The notes under the pieces are model-generated. The model worked only from the letters and a program-made list of their open reading frames with translations. It was not told the DNA's origin and ran no database searches. A stretch of 64,000 nt of DNA, taken from the IMG/VR virus record IMGVR_UViG_3300020578_000043, positions 1 to 64,000 of that record. The stretch is one strand, 5' to 3'. The stretch comes from a virus. Of this stretch, positions 40,801 through 48,997 are shown piece after piece. Made by a program: the position numbers and the translations under genes. Position 1 is the stretch's first letter, and each line of letters starts with the position of its first letter.

Positions 40801-40991
40801 TAAGAGTTTGCAGTTATTACAGAATATGACGGCGACGTAGAGCGCTGAAATAGCAATGCACCAGAAGATTTCACCTTGTCAGCGATTGCTATTGTAGTAT
40901 CAACTCTTTTTATCTTACGCTTCACCACAGGGCCGCTTTTAAACAGCCTTGTTAAACGTTGAAACAAGTTTTTATTATCGTTCTTTGCCAC
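37869..40991 (-). CDS. Portal protein (gp20-like) containing an intein
   Basis: AMDIYADE, RNLVKYGDFF, HFRL, PYGSS, EDAMLVYR..RAPERRVFYIDV, EDDYF, IDTLSGG, ALKVP, EDIRFSRTI. Confidence 0.93.
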   Translation of the reverse strand: MAKNDNKNLFQRLTRLFKSGPVVKRKIKRVDTTIAIADKVKSSGALLFQRSTSPSYSVITANSYNLSERLMRYQDFQEMEYCLHGDTLIAVPGGYRTIKELSEECSKNPDYKFVVYSYDHNLGRIVPALAKQARQTTVDQSYVVTFDNGQKITGSSNHRLMKRDGIYCMIENLKPGDAMMPFYRRDLFNGCKEEGEGYRWIYSMDRRSKMNGWVAEHRILGEMLKGSSLEENEVVHHVNFKKNDNRLENLRVMTDLEHRNLHSKIINGVKWSEQNSGWIEQFKVNHSRFMTENNPAERRDITFGRILEISESVDFNLYRVCEVFGTDPNVIKRRLRRHGYQNFETFAKAYNPDWRNHAWDNRGEKNPRYEHGVTFDLICSKFSKGMSKAKLAEEVSTTATILDKRIKQAGYKNYTDFSSSYENMKVVSIEPGEIIPLYDLTVDGYKNFATDSVISHNTAEIAAAMDIYADETVAQDDKGRILHIYSDDEKTRDILEDLFYNILNVEFNLRSWARNLVKYGDFFLYNDVSPTQGVVHAFPIPVNEIEREENYDREDPFAVRYRWSTLGNRTLENWEVTHFRLLGNDMFLPYGSSLIEPARRIWRQLILLEDAMLVYRLVRAPERRVFYIDVANIPPENVPMYVEEQRKNLRTNQVIDRNTGRVDLRYSPLSVEDDYFIAVRGGESGTKIDTLSGGQNAASVEDVQYMQKKLFAALKVPRAYLGYDEMLSSKATLAQEDIRFSRTISVIQKTLISELNKLAIIHLYSNGYDGEELQNFTLRLSNPSTIAQSQKLELWKAKFEIAGALPEGMGSRTFVQKEIWGLNDDQVEEINEQRYEEKSMDLAIEGAQAAGTPAAGEAAMPAATGGAEEAQAEEKPPEGEEGGKEGGEGESLFASDDIADDADDDAQLLMSGDIDEDETLPQLDEKDGLPVKPGAYAKRYMYNRKRKRRTLHMPDFGSMLSSKNVSLKDPHDKSFFKSLNDPFSESTSRGSSHLPAPALSPNMVSTLKKMSTSLGMSKTQQKTDGLLTEAQEEIDLNVEE
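39621..40748 (-). mobile_element. Intein (376 aa) with HNH homing endonuclease
   Basis: Block A CLHGDTLI after MEY; block B NHRL; HNH (EHR..., VVHHVNFKKNDNRLENL); blocks F/G LYDLTVDGYKNF...ISHN followed by Thr+1. Confidence 0.92.
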
Positions 40992-41041
40992 AGGACGCTT
41001 TCAGGATTAAACAGATAATATAACGTTAAGAAGACAATTGA

Positions 41042-41392
41042 TTAAGCTCTGCCAATTTCTTCTTCATCTTCTTCAGAATCTACGTCCATATCCATGTCCA
41101 TTTCATCCTCATCAGAAGATTCAAACTCTTCAGATTCTTCATCTTCTGCACGAGAGACGTAGTTCAACGGCTCACGAAGCATGTTTTCAAGCATGCTTTG
41201 AACTTGTTGAAGATGAGGAGACAGTGCATTTAATGCAGCAGGAGGAGCTTCCTTTTCAAATGCGTTGATTTCCTCGTATAGATCGACGACAAGAACGTAT
41301 AGGCTCTTTGCCTCGGCCGTGTTGAGAGACTCGTAGATGACTTGCGCATTCTTGTTGATGCTTTCCTGCAACTTCTTAAGATCGATTTTCAT
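41042..41392 (-). CDS. Hypothetical acidic protein (116 aa)
   Basis: Between terminase and portal; D/E-rich C-terminus; GAGG RBS. Confidence 0.7.
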   Translation of the reverse strand: MKIDLKKLQESINKNAQVIYESLNTAEAKSLYVLVVDLYEEINAFEKEAPPAALNALSPHLQQVQSMLENMLREPLNYVSRAEDEESEEFESSDEDEMDMDMDVDSEEDEEEIGRA

Positions 41393-41422
41393 GTCCTTTT
41401 ACCTCTGCGTATATCTATACAC

Positions 41423-43057
41423 TCACTTGTACAACCAAGACATATCATCCATACCGTGATTAAATTTAGGATCAAGGTGTTTGACCTGTGAAGGTTCTCT
41501 TAATTTATAAACGTTCGTTTGATTGATTTGATTCGACCCCTTAGAATTCGCTCCTAACGTATATGTAGGATTGTTTGGAATAGCTCTAGCGTCGATGCTT
41601 GACACTCCGGTCGCTTTTAACATCGCCATCGCCATGGCATATCCAGAATCATTGTTTCCTTGAGCACCTTCCGTCAACCAGCTTCCTATTGCAAGACTCA
41701 TTATCAAATCGTCATGGCTATCCTTAGAAGCCATCGGCTTGTTACCATTCCATATAAAGGCCTGTAGTTGATCATATAGCCTTTGAGAATAACTTTTTAA
41801 AGTCTTATTACGGATCAATTCCTCTAATTTCGTAAGAATTTGTACTCTTGTTTTCTGGTTGGTAGGAAACCCAGGCAATTCATCTTGATTCAGCGGCGTG
41901 TAGTTCATTATGTCACCGCGATTGTTGTAATAGTACATCCTCGGATACCCGGTATCTCGAAGCTTAACGTTCACGAAATACCCAAACGTATTGTTCTCAG
42001 GACAGATCAATGCACCGTTGTATTTCTTGCCCCATTCTGCAAGTAGATCTGCAAACTTTTCTGGAGGTATCTTACCCATGTACTCAGCAACGACTTCTGA
42101 CGTTTTGTAATCTAAAACATGAAAAGTAGAATAATCTGAAGCATCGCCTCGGGCGACGTCTGCTGACAAAACGTAGGTTTTTGCTGGATCTGGCTGCTCC
42201 CAAATCCAAACATTTCTATCAAATCCAGACTTTTCAAGAGGGGGTCTTATCATAGACCTTAAATCCTCTAGGTCTTCTGATTGCAAAAATGTGTCACCCG
42301 ACGTGATGAAGTCACAAAGGTACTCTTGACTTACTTTTCTCTTTGGAAGATTACGAGTCTCTTTTACGAACCACGCCTCATCATGTTCAGGATGAACGGT
42401 CCACGGCAGTCTTATCGGATTGAACTCATTCGTTCCAGCTTCCGCCTCAACCCATAATCTGTAGTACAATCCACCGACACCATTTGGAGATGAAATAAGT
42501 ATTGCATTACCACCTGTCGTCAGCGTGGGATACAAGCCTGTCCAGATCGTATCAAAGTCTCTAATGAATGCACACTCATCGACGATGAGAAGCGATAGAG
42601 ACTCAGAACGACCTGCATCTTCTGACGTAGGAACTGCTTTTATTTGAGAACCATTGCTGAATGATATCTGCTGTTTGGACGGTTCAAAACGAGGCATCAA
42701 CAACCACTTTGGAAGAGATTGAAGCATGACGTGAACCTTCTTAATGAAGTTCTGCGCAGTGGCCAGTTTTGTTGCGATGATAAGGATGTTCTTGTCCTTG
42801 TAGAAGATCGCAAGCCATGTCGCATACGCAGCAGATATTGTAGACAGGCCTAATTGACGAGACTTTAGGACTATGTTAAAGCGTTGCTCTTGAAATGCTT
42901 TTACACAATCGTTCTGAAAGTCATACGTATTAAAAGGAATCGTGCCTTTCAGCGGATGCTGGATCTTAGCATAGTTCTTAATGAAATAGATTGGGTCTTT
43001 ACCGCAAGCGACAATCTCATTGACCTGCTGCTGTTTCGTTAATGGTTTTTCTTGCAT
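41423..43057 (-). CDS. Terminase large subunit (gp17-like)
   Basis: DPIYFIKNY, Walker A KSRQLGLST, Walker B LLIVDECAF, SSPNG, nuclease ADVARG..DYS, ENN, HDDLIM. Confidence 0.95.
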   Translation of the reverse strand: MQEKPLTKQQQVNEIVACGKDPIYFIKNYAKIQHPLKGTIPFNTYDFQNDCVKAFQEQRFNIVLKSRQLGLSTISAAYATWLAIFYKDKNILIIATKLATAQNFIKKVHVMLQSLPKWLLMPRFEPSKQQISFSNGSQIKAVPTSEDAGRSESLSLLIVDECAFIRDFDTIWTGLYPTLTTGGNAILISSPNGVGGLYYRLWVEAEAGTNEFNPIRLPWTVHPEHDEAWFVKETRNLPKRKVSQEYLCDFITSGDTFLQSEDLEDLRSMIRPPLEKSGFDRNVWIWEQPDPAKTYVLSADVARGDASDYSTFHVLDYKTSEVVAEYMGKIPPEKFADLLAEWGKKYNGALICPENNTFGYFVNVKLRDTGYPRMYYYNNRGDIMNYTPLNQDELPGFPTNQKTRVQILTKLEELIRNKTLKSYSQRLYDQLQAFIWNGNKPMASKDSHDDLIMSLAIGSWLTEGAQGNNDSGYAMAMAMLKATGVSSIDARAIPNNPTYTLGANSKGSNQINQTNVYKLREPSQVKHLDPKFNHGMDDMSWLYK

Positions 43058-43061
43058 TCAA

Positions 43062-43442
43062 TCAACCTACCTCAAAGACAACTTGCTTTCTATAGATTGC
43101 AGTTCTCTTGGGGTTATGAACTCCAAAACCAACAATTTCCACTGAATCTGATGATGATACTTCTTTCAGCTTTAGAGCCTTGGAGGTCTTTTCTTTGTAA
43201 GAGTTCTTGACTGCATCAAGCACAGCTTTAATGTTATGAGAAGAAGCTTCAACCTCGCGTAACTTGACCTGTAACATCTGTCTTTCAGAGGCAAAGTTAA
43301 CGATTGTTTGATATGAGACAGACAACATGTCAGGTCCGATCATTCTCATCTTCACGGAAAATGAATTGACGATCGGCGCGGCTGATCTTCCCCAGGAAGT
43401 ATCGATGGCTTGGCCTAAAGCATTATAATCTAATTCTGGCAT
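43062..43442 (-). CDS. Hypothetical protein (126 aa)
   Basis: ORF immediately upstream of the terminase gene. Confidence 0.7.
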   Translation of the reverse strand: MPELDYNALGQAIDTSWGRSAAPIVNSFSVKMRMIGPDMLSVSYQTIVNFASERQMLQVKLREVEASSHNIKAVLDAVKNSYKEKTSKALKLKEVSSSDSVEIVGFGVHNPKRTAIYRKQVVFEVG

Positions 43443-43481
43443 GATAGACAGTAATCCTCAGTAACTAAATATTGAGATGGT

Positions 43482-43778
43482 CTAAAACAACATATTGACG
43501 GTCATCTTTTTTCCACCCTTTAACTTTTCGTTGACTTGTTCCTTCGTTGGGCGCCATCCTTCTTTCCATGCAGGTTGATTTGGACGGGCCCAAAAAGTCT
43601 CACAATGTTCGCAACATTTAAATTGGTGGTACGACTTTTCATCTGCGGCTGTGCGTAACAGGTATTCACATACTGGACAAGCCAGCGGGATCGTTTCTTT
43701 TTCTTGCTCTGGTTTGATGACAAAGAAGCCATCACAATCTTTTATCAACCTATTGTTTAGGTAAGGACGCCACATCAT
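43482..43778 (-). CDS. Small Zn-binding protein
   Basis: CPVC...CCEHC motifs; WKEGWRP; overlaps the SbcCD stop. Confidence 0.7.
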   Translation of the reverse strand: MMWRPYLNNRLIKDCDGFFVIKPEQEKETIPLACPVCEYLLRTAADEKSYHQFKCCEHCETFWARPNQPAWKEGWRPTKEQVNEKLKGGKKMTVNMLF

Positions 43779-46700
43779 ACGTACACCATCTTAGAATCCT
43801 TCTCGTTCTTAGTGATTTCTAGAATTTGGTCTGCAACGTCTTTGATTCCGTCGACATGAGTTATGACCAGTATGATCCTAAAAAATTTCTTTAAGCTTAT
43901 CAATAGACGATTGCAAGCCTCGACTCCAGCATCATCCAACGTTCCGAATCCTTCATCTATGATGAACATATCAGGCTTTGACAATGAAGATATGTTGATC
44001 AATGCGACCCTTAGCGCAATTGATGCAATGGTCTTCTCCATTCCTGAACACAACTCGATGATTCGTCTCGAATCTCCATAGTTGATGTAGATCTCTGATG
44101 CATCTGACTCATCATCATTCTCGAGCTCAACAGAAAAATCGACGATACCATGTAGAATCTTTGCTATCTCTGCATTGATCAATGGCAATTGTGACCTTGT
44201 GATGATCAGCGGGATTCCTTTCTTCGAAAAAGCATTGCTGATTATCTCATAGATTTTCATCTCTTTTAAAAGCTTGTCTCGAGATGCTCTTTCAGAATCT
44301 AACTTCTCAATCTCTGACAACAGACGTCCTCGTTGCGTGGCCAGCGTGATCTTTGCCTCATCCCATTCCTTGGTTGATCTAGACAATGATTCTATTTTTG
44401 ACCTAAGAGAAACAACCTCTGAATTTTCGTCATTTTTTAAAGCATCCTGGAGGTCGATTAGTTTTTGCTCTGCATCTTTGACTGATTGAGTCAAAGAATC
44501 ACAAGACGACCTGTTTTTCTCAATCTCTGTTTCTTTCTTTGAGATCTCTAGTTTCAACTTTGATGATAGTGAGGTTGCCTTCTCAAGTCTAGACAACTTT
44601 GCCACCAACGAATCCTTGTTTAACTTCTCTAAAGAAGCCTTTAGATCGTTTAACTTCTTCAACGTTAATGAAACCTTTTCTAATTGAGAACCAACCTTTG
44701 ACTTATCTATGTGAGCATCCTTAATGAACTTGCATGCTGGATACTCATCCCCACACGGCACGTCATCAAGGATTTTCAAAGACTTTTGCTGAGACTTCAG
44801 CAGAGTCGATTCTTTGTCATACAGGTGTTGTAGATCAACGACGGATTTTTCAAGAGCATCAATGGCAGAGAGCTTGCTCTTTAGTTCTTCGGCATCATCA
44901 GATGATTCAATGTCTTCAACAGTGACTAATTTGTCTCTTAGAGACTTTATCTCCACGTTCAAAGACTCGATCTTAGAGCAACAGTCAGAACACTGAAGTC
45001 TCAATGTCATGATCTTTTGTTCTTGAGTTTTGACGTCTGATGGAGTCACTGCCTTGTGGCTTTGATGAGACGACAACTGAGACCTTAGGTCAGAAGATTG
45101 CGTTTGGGCATCTGAGATTTTTGATGCCAGATCATCAATCTGATCTGATAGGTCTAGGACTTTTTGACCGTGAGTCAACAACATGTCATCCCAGTTTCTA
45201 TCAGGAAAGTTCTTCAACTGAGATTTGTACCCGCTTAAGTCTTTGCTCGCGGTATCACACATCTTATCAAAGACGTCTAGGCCTAGAAACCTGGATAGTA
45301 TTGCCCTACGCTTTGTTGATCCTTGATTGATGAACGCGTTGATGTCACCTTGAGATGATAGAGCAGTCATCGAAAAATCTTCATGAGATCCGACCAATCC
45401 TCTGATTGCCTTTTCGGTTCCTGTCCTCAGATCATCGCACAGGTCATCGAGATCTCCTTCTTCATTCATTCTAAAGAAATTCAAAGAAGTAGAAGCAGTC
45501 GTCACGCCACGTTTGTTGATCGACTTAGTTGTTTGTCTCTCTGCGATGTAGACTTTGCTATTGTGGTTAAACACGGCGCGAGCATAGCAGTGATGTTTTC
45601 TAATGTTGCAAACGTGTAGATTTTTTAAAGAACCCCTGTCCGTCGTGTTGAATAGAGCATATGCCAGAGTACCGACAATGGAAGACTTTCCTGTTCGGTT
45701 TGGACCGAATATTCCTACGATACCATTCAGCTTAGTAAAATCAATCTCATTGTCTTCACCATAGGAAAAAGTATTGTCCCATTTGAGATGTCTCAACGAC
45801 CACTTGGATCCCTTGACGTAATCTTCTGATGATGTGACTGCAAACATGTACTTCTTGATTTGATTCGTCATGACGTCCCAATCGACGTCAACATTCCCAT
45901 TCTCTTTGCAGTATGTCTGTATTAGGCTCAAGATGACGTCATGAGATCCTAGGTCTGATTTTGCTATCGTTGTTGATCCTGCCTTAATCTTCTCACTTTC
46001 GGCACGATACTCAGATTTGAATGTCACTTCAGTTGCAGAGAATGTCGACTTTAGCGTCTCATTCAAAAAGCTGACATCATCCTGGTTTAATTCTAATTGT
46101 GATTTGATCCTAAACCTAGATTGCTTGGGATAGTTCCTTGCTTCCTTTAAGAAATCTTCTTGCGATCCTGTCCACTGTAACGTCACATAAGGTTTTGGAT
46201 TTGGAAGCTTATTGAATGCTACGTTCCACGTTGACTCATCAACAATATCCCATAGCAGGTATCCATGATCCAACTCTTCTGCATAGTTTTGTTGAATGGG
46301 AGTTCCTGGGTATGATATCCACGGTTTCTTTTCTCCAGATGAAGTCTCTCTATATCCTAGATGCTGCATCTGATGAATATCGCCTAAGAAAACAAAGGGA
46401 TAGTCTTTAAAAAACTCTACCTTCGTTTGCGCATCATCAAGCTCCCAGCCAGACTCTGTCACGGATCCGTACATCGCACCGTGATAACATGCAATGTTGA
46501 GTTTTCCTGCTACAGGTTTGACGTTCTTCCAGCCATCTTCATCAAAGAGGCTGTAGACACACCAGTTATATCCAGGATGAAACTCATACACTCCACTTTT
46601 TTTATATAAGTGAATCCTTGGATTATTCAACGCAGTCACAATGGGAGAGACTGCGTCTTGACGAGTTAGATTGACTAGGTTACCATCATGGTTGCCTAAC

Positions 46701-46933
46701 GTCATGTGAACATGAGCAACCTCAGCCATTGACTCAAGCCACCACGTCAAAAAATCTATGTACTCAGGAGAGATACCTGTAGTCTTCGTGTGAAAGATAT
46801 CACCACCGATGAAGATGTGATCAACGTTTTTCTTCTTACAATCGTTAATGAACGCAGTGAACACTTCGCGGTATTCATCATGACGCGAAAGAGAGCGAAT
46901 GTGAACGTCTGCAGTATGTGCAATTCGAACCAT
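43775..46933 (-). CDS. Fused SbcD/Mre11 nuclease - SbcC/Rad50 ATPase (gp47-gp46 fusion)
   Basis: Phosphoesterase motifs DVH, GGD, GNHD, GDIH; Walker A GPNRTGKS; Q-loop SQG; coiled coil; signature CSGME; Walker B IIDEGFGTLD; ITH. Confidence 0.9.
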   Translation of the reverse strand: MVRIAHTADVHIRSLSRHDEYREVFTAFINDCKKKNVDHIFIGGDIFHTKTTGISPEYIDFLTWWLESMAEVAHVHMTLGNHDGNLVNLTRQDAVSPIVTALNNPRIHLYKKSGVYEFHPGYNWCVYSLFDEDGWKNVKPVAGKLNIACYHGAMYGSVTESGWELDDAQTKVEFFKDYPFVFLGDIHQMQHLGYRETSSGEKKPWISYPGTPIQQNYAEELDHGYLLWDIVDESTWNVAFNKLPNPKPYVTLQWTGSQEDFLKEARNYPKQSRFRIKSQLELNQDDVSFLNETLKSTFSATEVTFKSEYRAESEKIKAGSTTIAKSDLGSHDVILSLIQTYCKENGNVDVDWDVMTNQIKKYMFAVTSSEDYVKGSKWSLRHLKWDNTFSYGEDNEIDFTKLNGIVGIFGPNRTGKSSIVGTLAYALFNTTDRGSLKNLHVCNIRKHHCYARAVFNHNSKVYIAERQTTKSINKRGVTTASTSLNFFRMNEEGDLDDLCDDLRTGTEKAIRGLVGSHEDFSMTALSSQGDINAFINQGSTKRRAILSRFLGLDVFDKMCDTASKDLSGYKSQLKNFPDRNWDDMLLTHGQKVLDLSDQIDDLASKISDAQTQSSDLRSQLSSHQSHKAVTPSDVKTQEQKIMTLRLQCSDCCSKIESLNVEIKSLRDKLVTVEDIESSDDAEELKSKLSAIDALEKSVVDLQHLYDKESTLLKSQQKSLKILDDVPCGDEYPACKFIKDAHIDKSKVGSQLEKVSLTLKKLNDLKASLEKLNKDSLVAKLSRLEKATSLSSKLKLEISKKETEIEKNRSSCDSLTQSVKDAEQKLIDLQDALKNDENSEVVSLRSKIESLSRSTKEWDEAKITLATQRGRLLSEIEKLDSERASRDKLLKEMKIYEIISNAFSKKGIPLIITRSQLPLINAEIAKILHGIVDFSVELENDDESDASEIYINYGDSRRIIELCSGMEKTIASIALRVALINISSLSKPDMFIIDEGFGTLDDAGVEACNRLLISLKKFFRIILVITHVDGIKDVADQILEITKNEKDSKMVYV

Positions 46934-46942
46934 TAAACAACC

Positions 46943-46971
46943 AATCTACAACAATTGAACGCAGTGTTCAA
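46943..46971 (-). promoter_or_regulatory. sigma70-like promoter with overlapping inverted repeat
   Basis: TTGAAC-N17-TAGATT; ATTGAAC-N5-GTTCAAT palindrome over the -35 element. Confidence 0.5.
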
Positions 46972-46978
46972 TGACTAA

Positions 46979-47956
46979 TCAAAACCTGAAACTTGATGAA
47001 ACGAACTTATCAAGTTTGGTCAAAAACCTATCTTCCCAATACAACGGCTTTGCCTCAGACAAGGCTTTTTCAAACTCGGCCTTCGACATGCTTCCTGGAT
47101 CACCCCAAGGTCTAACGTCGACGACAACTACGTCTATGTCGTATTCTTGAAGCTTTTTTACTATCTTAGGGGTTTTCTTACTCCACATGTCACCATCAAG
47201 CGCTAACGCTACAGGCGTGTTGTGAAGCAAGATCTTGTTGAAGATCTCATGACGTTCATCTAGATCAGAACCTAAAAGTGCAGTAGAATTTTCAGGACAC
47301 TTTACCATATCAAAAGGACCTTCGCACAAGGTCATTCGTTTGGTCCAATCTAAATTTATCTCATTAAACACGATGGGATTCTTGTCGACATCTGGGTTGT
47401 CATATTTTGGTTTTCTATCCTTATCGATTGCTCTTGCAACAAAGTAATTCAATTCACCTGACGCATCAAAGGACGGCATGATGACTCTACGTTTCCACCG
47501 CGGTTCATCAGAAATTCCAAATTTGTAATACCACGCATCACGGTCGAACAACCCCCTAGAGTAGACATACCTCCATGCAGCCTTGACGTCAGGATCCATG
47601 TCATTTGCTAAGGTCAATAACCTAAAATCGTTAGGGAGCTGGGCCTTTTGTTCTTTTTCGACTTGTACTGTGATGAGAGATGTTTTGCCGTCCAGCCCCA
47701 TCATTTGACGATACGCATCTAGGTGTTCTTGCGTACCGTACTTTCGTAACAGCGGAACAAGGCTTCTTGCTTTCCATCCGCATACCCAACAATGGTTTGC
47801 GTCGTCTGTTGTGCGAATTGCCAGCTTCTTTTTTGAAGCGTCAGAGGGGGCACATATAGGGCATCTGACGTCGAAATTGATACCGTTGCCAGATATCCTA
47901 CCACGACCGAAAATCGACTCGTAAAACTTTATCTTATCGGTCAGTGAATGGACCAC
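46979..47956 (-). CDS. DNA primase (gp61/DnaG-like)
   Basis: Zn finger CPIC...HCWVC; RVIMP, YFVAR, KY.NP; TOPRIM CEGPFD, LDGD, DP. Confidence 0.88.
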   Translation of the reverse strand: MVHSLTDKIKFYESIFGRGRISGNGINFDVRCPICAPSDASKKKLAIRTTDDANHCWVCGWKARSLVPLLRKYGTQEHLDAYRQMMGLDGKTSLITVQVEKEQKAQLPNDFRLLTLANDMDPDVKAAWRYVYSRGLFDRDAWYYKFGISDEPRWKRRVIMPSFDASGELNYFVARAIDKDRKPKYDNPDVDKNPIVFNEINLDWTKRMTLCEGPFDMVKCPENSTALLGSDLDERHEIFNKILLHNTPVALALDGDMWSKKTPKIVKKLQEYDIDVVVVDVRPWGDPGSMSKAEFEKALSEAKPLYWEDRFLTKLDKFVSSSFRF

Positions 47957-47962
47957 GAGACG

Positions 47963-47992
47963 ATTGTAACGTATGAATCACACGTTTTTCAA
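47963..47992 (-). promoter_or_regulatory. sigma70-like promoter for primase
   Basis: TTGAAA-N18-TACAAT on the minus strand. Confidence 0.5.
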
Positions 47993-48550
47993 GGGTCCGT
48001 CAATACACGCTGCTTTAGAGATCACGTATGCATCAGTCGCATCCCGACTCCACTCAACTGCGCAACCATTTTTCTTTACAGGCCATTTGACATGCTTTAA
48101 GTCATGCTCTGACATGTACTTGAAAACCTGTTCTTTTCCGCTCATCCCGGCAATGGAAGTTCTTTGCATCTTGATGCCGCACAATTTTCTTGCGTGGGAT
48201 GATGAGATGTATTCCGGATCGACCTTGAATATTTCCCTAGAGATGTAGGAGACAATTCCGTTGAACCTCATCAACGTCGTTATCGTCGAAGCCGAAGACA
48301 TTCCTGTTCGAAATCCCATCAACGGTTCCTCTAAGGCAACCCTGTACTCACCGGGAATTTTTTTCAACAGTTCGGCCAACTCAAAAGCGACCACGTCCGC
48401 CTTTTCCCACAGGGTCTTACATTTCTTAAATTCGATTCTATCAAGGTGAAGGATGTGAGACCCGGACGCATCAGGTTGTAACGCCGGATCGACAACACAA
48501 ACACCTGTCACCGACGTACTCACGTCCAACCCCAATACCAACGGTCTCAT
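47978..48550 (-). CDS. RuvC-like Holliday junction resolvase
   Basis: LGLDVSTSVTG, ALEE, K..V, D.TDAYVI RNase H-fold motifs. Confidence 0.78.
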   Translation of the reverse strand: MRPLVLGLDVSTSVTGVCVVDPALQPDASGSHILHLDRIEFKKCKTLWEKADVVAFELAELLKKIPGEYRVALEEPLMGFRTGMSSASTITTLMRFNGIVSYISREIFKVDPEYISSSHARKLCGIKMQRTSIAGMSGKEQVFKYMSEHDLKHVKWPVKKNGCAVEWSRDATDAYVISKAACIDGPLKNV

Positions 48551-48591
48551 GCAGTCATTCTTTAATCCAGAATGACATTAGTAAAATCGAG

Positions 48592-48996
48592 CTATAGCAG
48601 ACCCATATCTTTTAGTTCTATTTCCGTGAGTATTTTGTAGGTCAAATCGTGGGCCGTGCACCACTCCATTGCCGCGCGGATCTTCTTGATGACCGTGGAT
48701 TGATCCAGTTTTCTAGATGGTTTGATTTCTATGATGAACTTAGCGCCGTCCTTATACTCAACCTGAAAATCTGGATAGTATTTTCTTATCTTTTTGGTCC
48801 TTTGGTTGGAGACATATTCAATGATGAGCTTTTCGTATGACCACGTCTGGACGTTTGGATTTGAGTCCAAATGTTCCATGTACTTCTGTTCCCACCCCGA
48901 TCGATACTTACACTCACCTGCAATCGGCGAAATATGTGTGCCGCGATGATAGCGACTTTTTTTCTTCCTGCGTCGACGAGGTTTTTTTTGTGCCAT
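48592..48996 (-). CDS. Head completion nuclease (T4 gp4-like, TnsA N-terminal fold)
   Basis: YRSGWE, W.YE...I.Y, YYPDF, IEIKP, K..AA..WC, ILTE. Confidence 0.85.
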   Translation of the reverse strand: MAQKKPRRRRKKKSRYHRGTHISPIAGECKYRSGWEQKYMEHLDSNPNVQTWSYEKLIIEYVSNQRTKKIRKYYPDFQVEYKDGAKFIIEIKPSRKLDQSTVIKKIRAAMEWCTAHDLTYKILTEIELKDMGLL

Positions 48997-48997
48997 G

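Noticed and set aside
47978-48550. Cas12/TnpB-like RuvC effector
   Set aside because: Only 190 aa, no Zn ribbon and no array nearby; it fits a stand-alone resolvase.
48592-48996. TnsA transposase / Tn7-like element
   Set aside because: No TnsB/TnsC or terminal repeats; size and motifs fit the gp4 head-completion nuclease.
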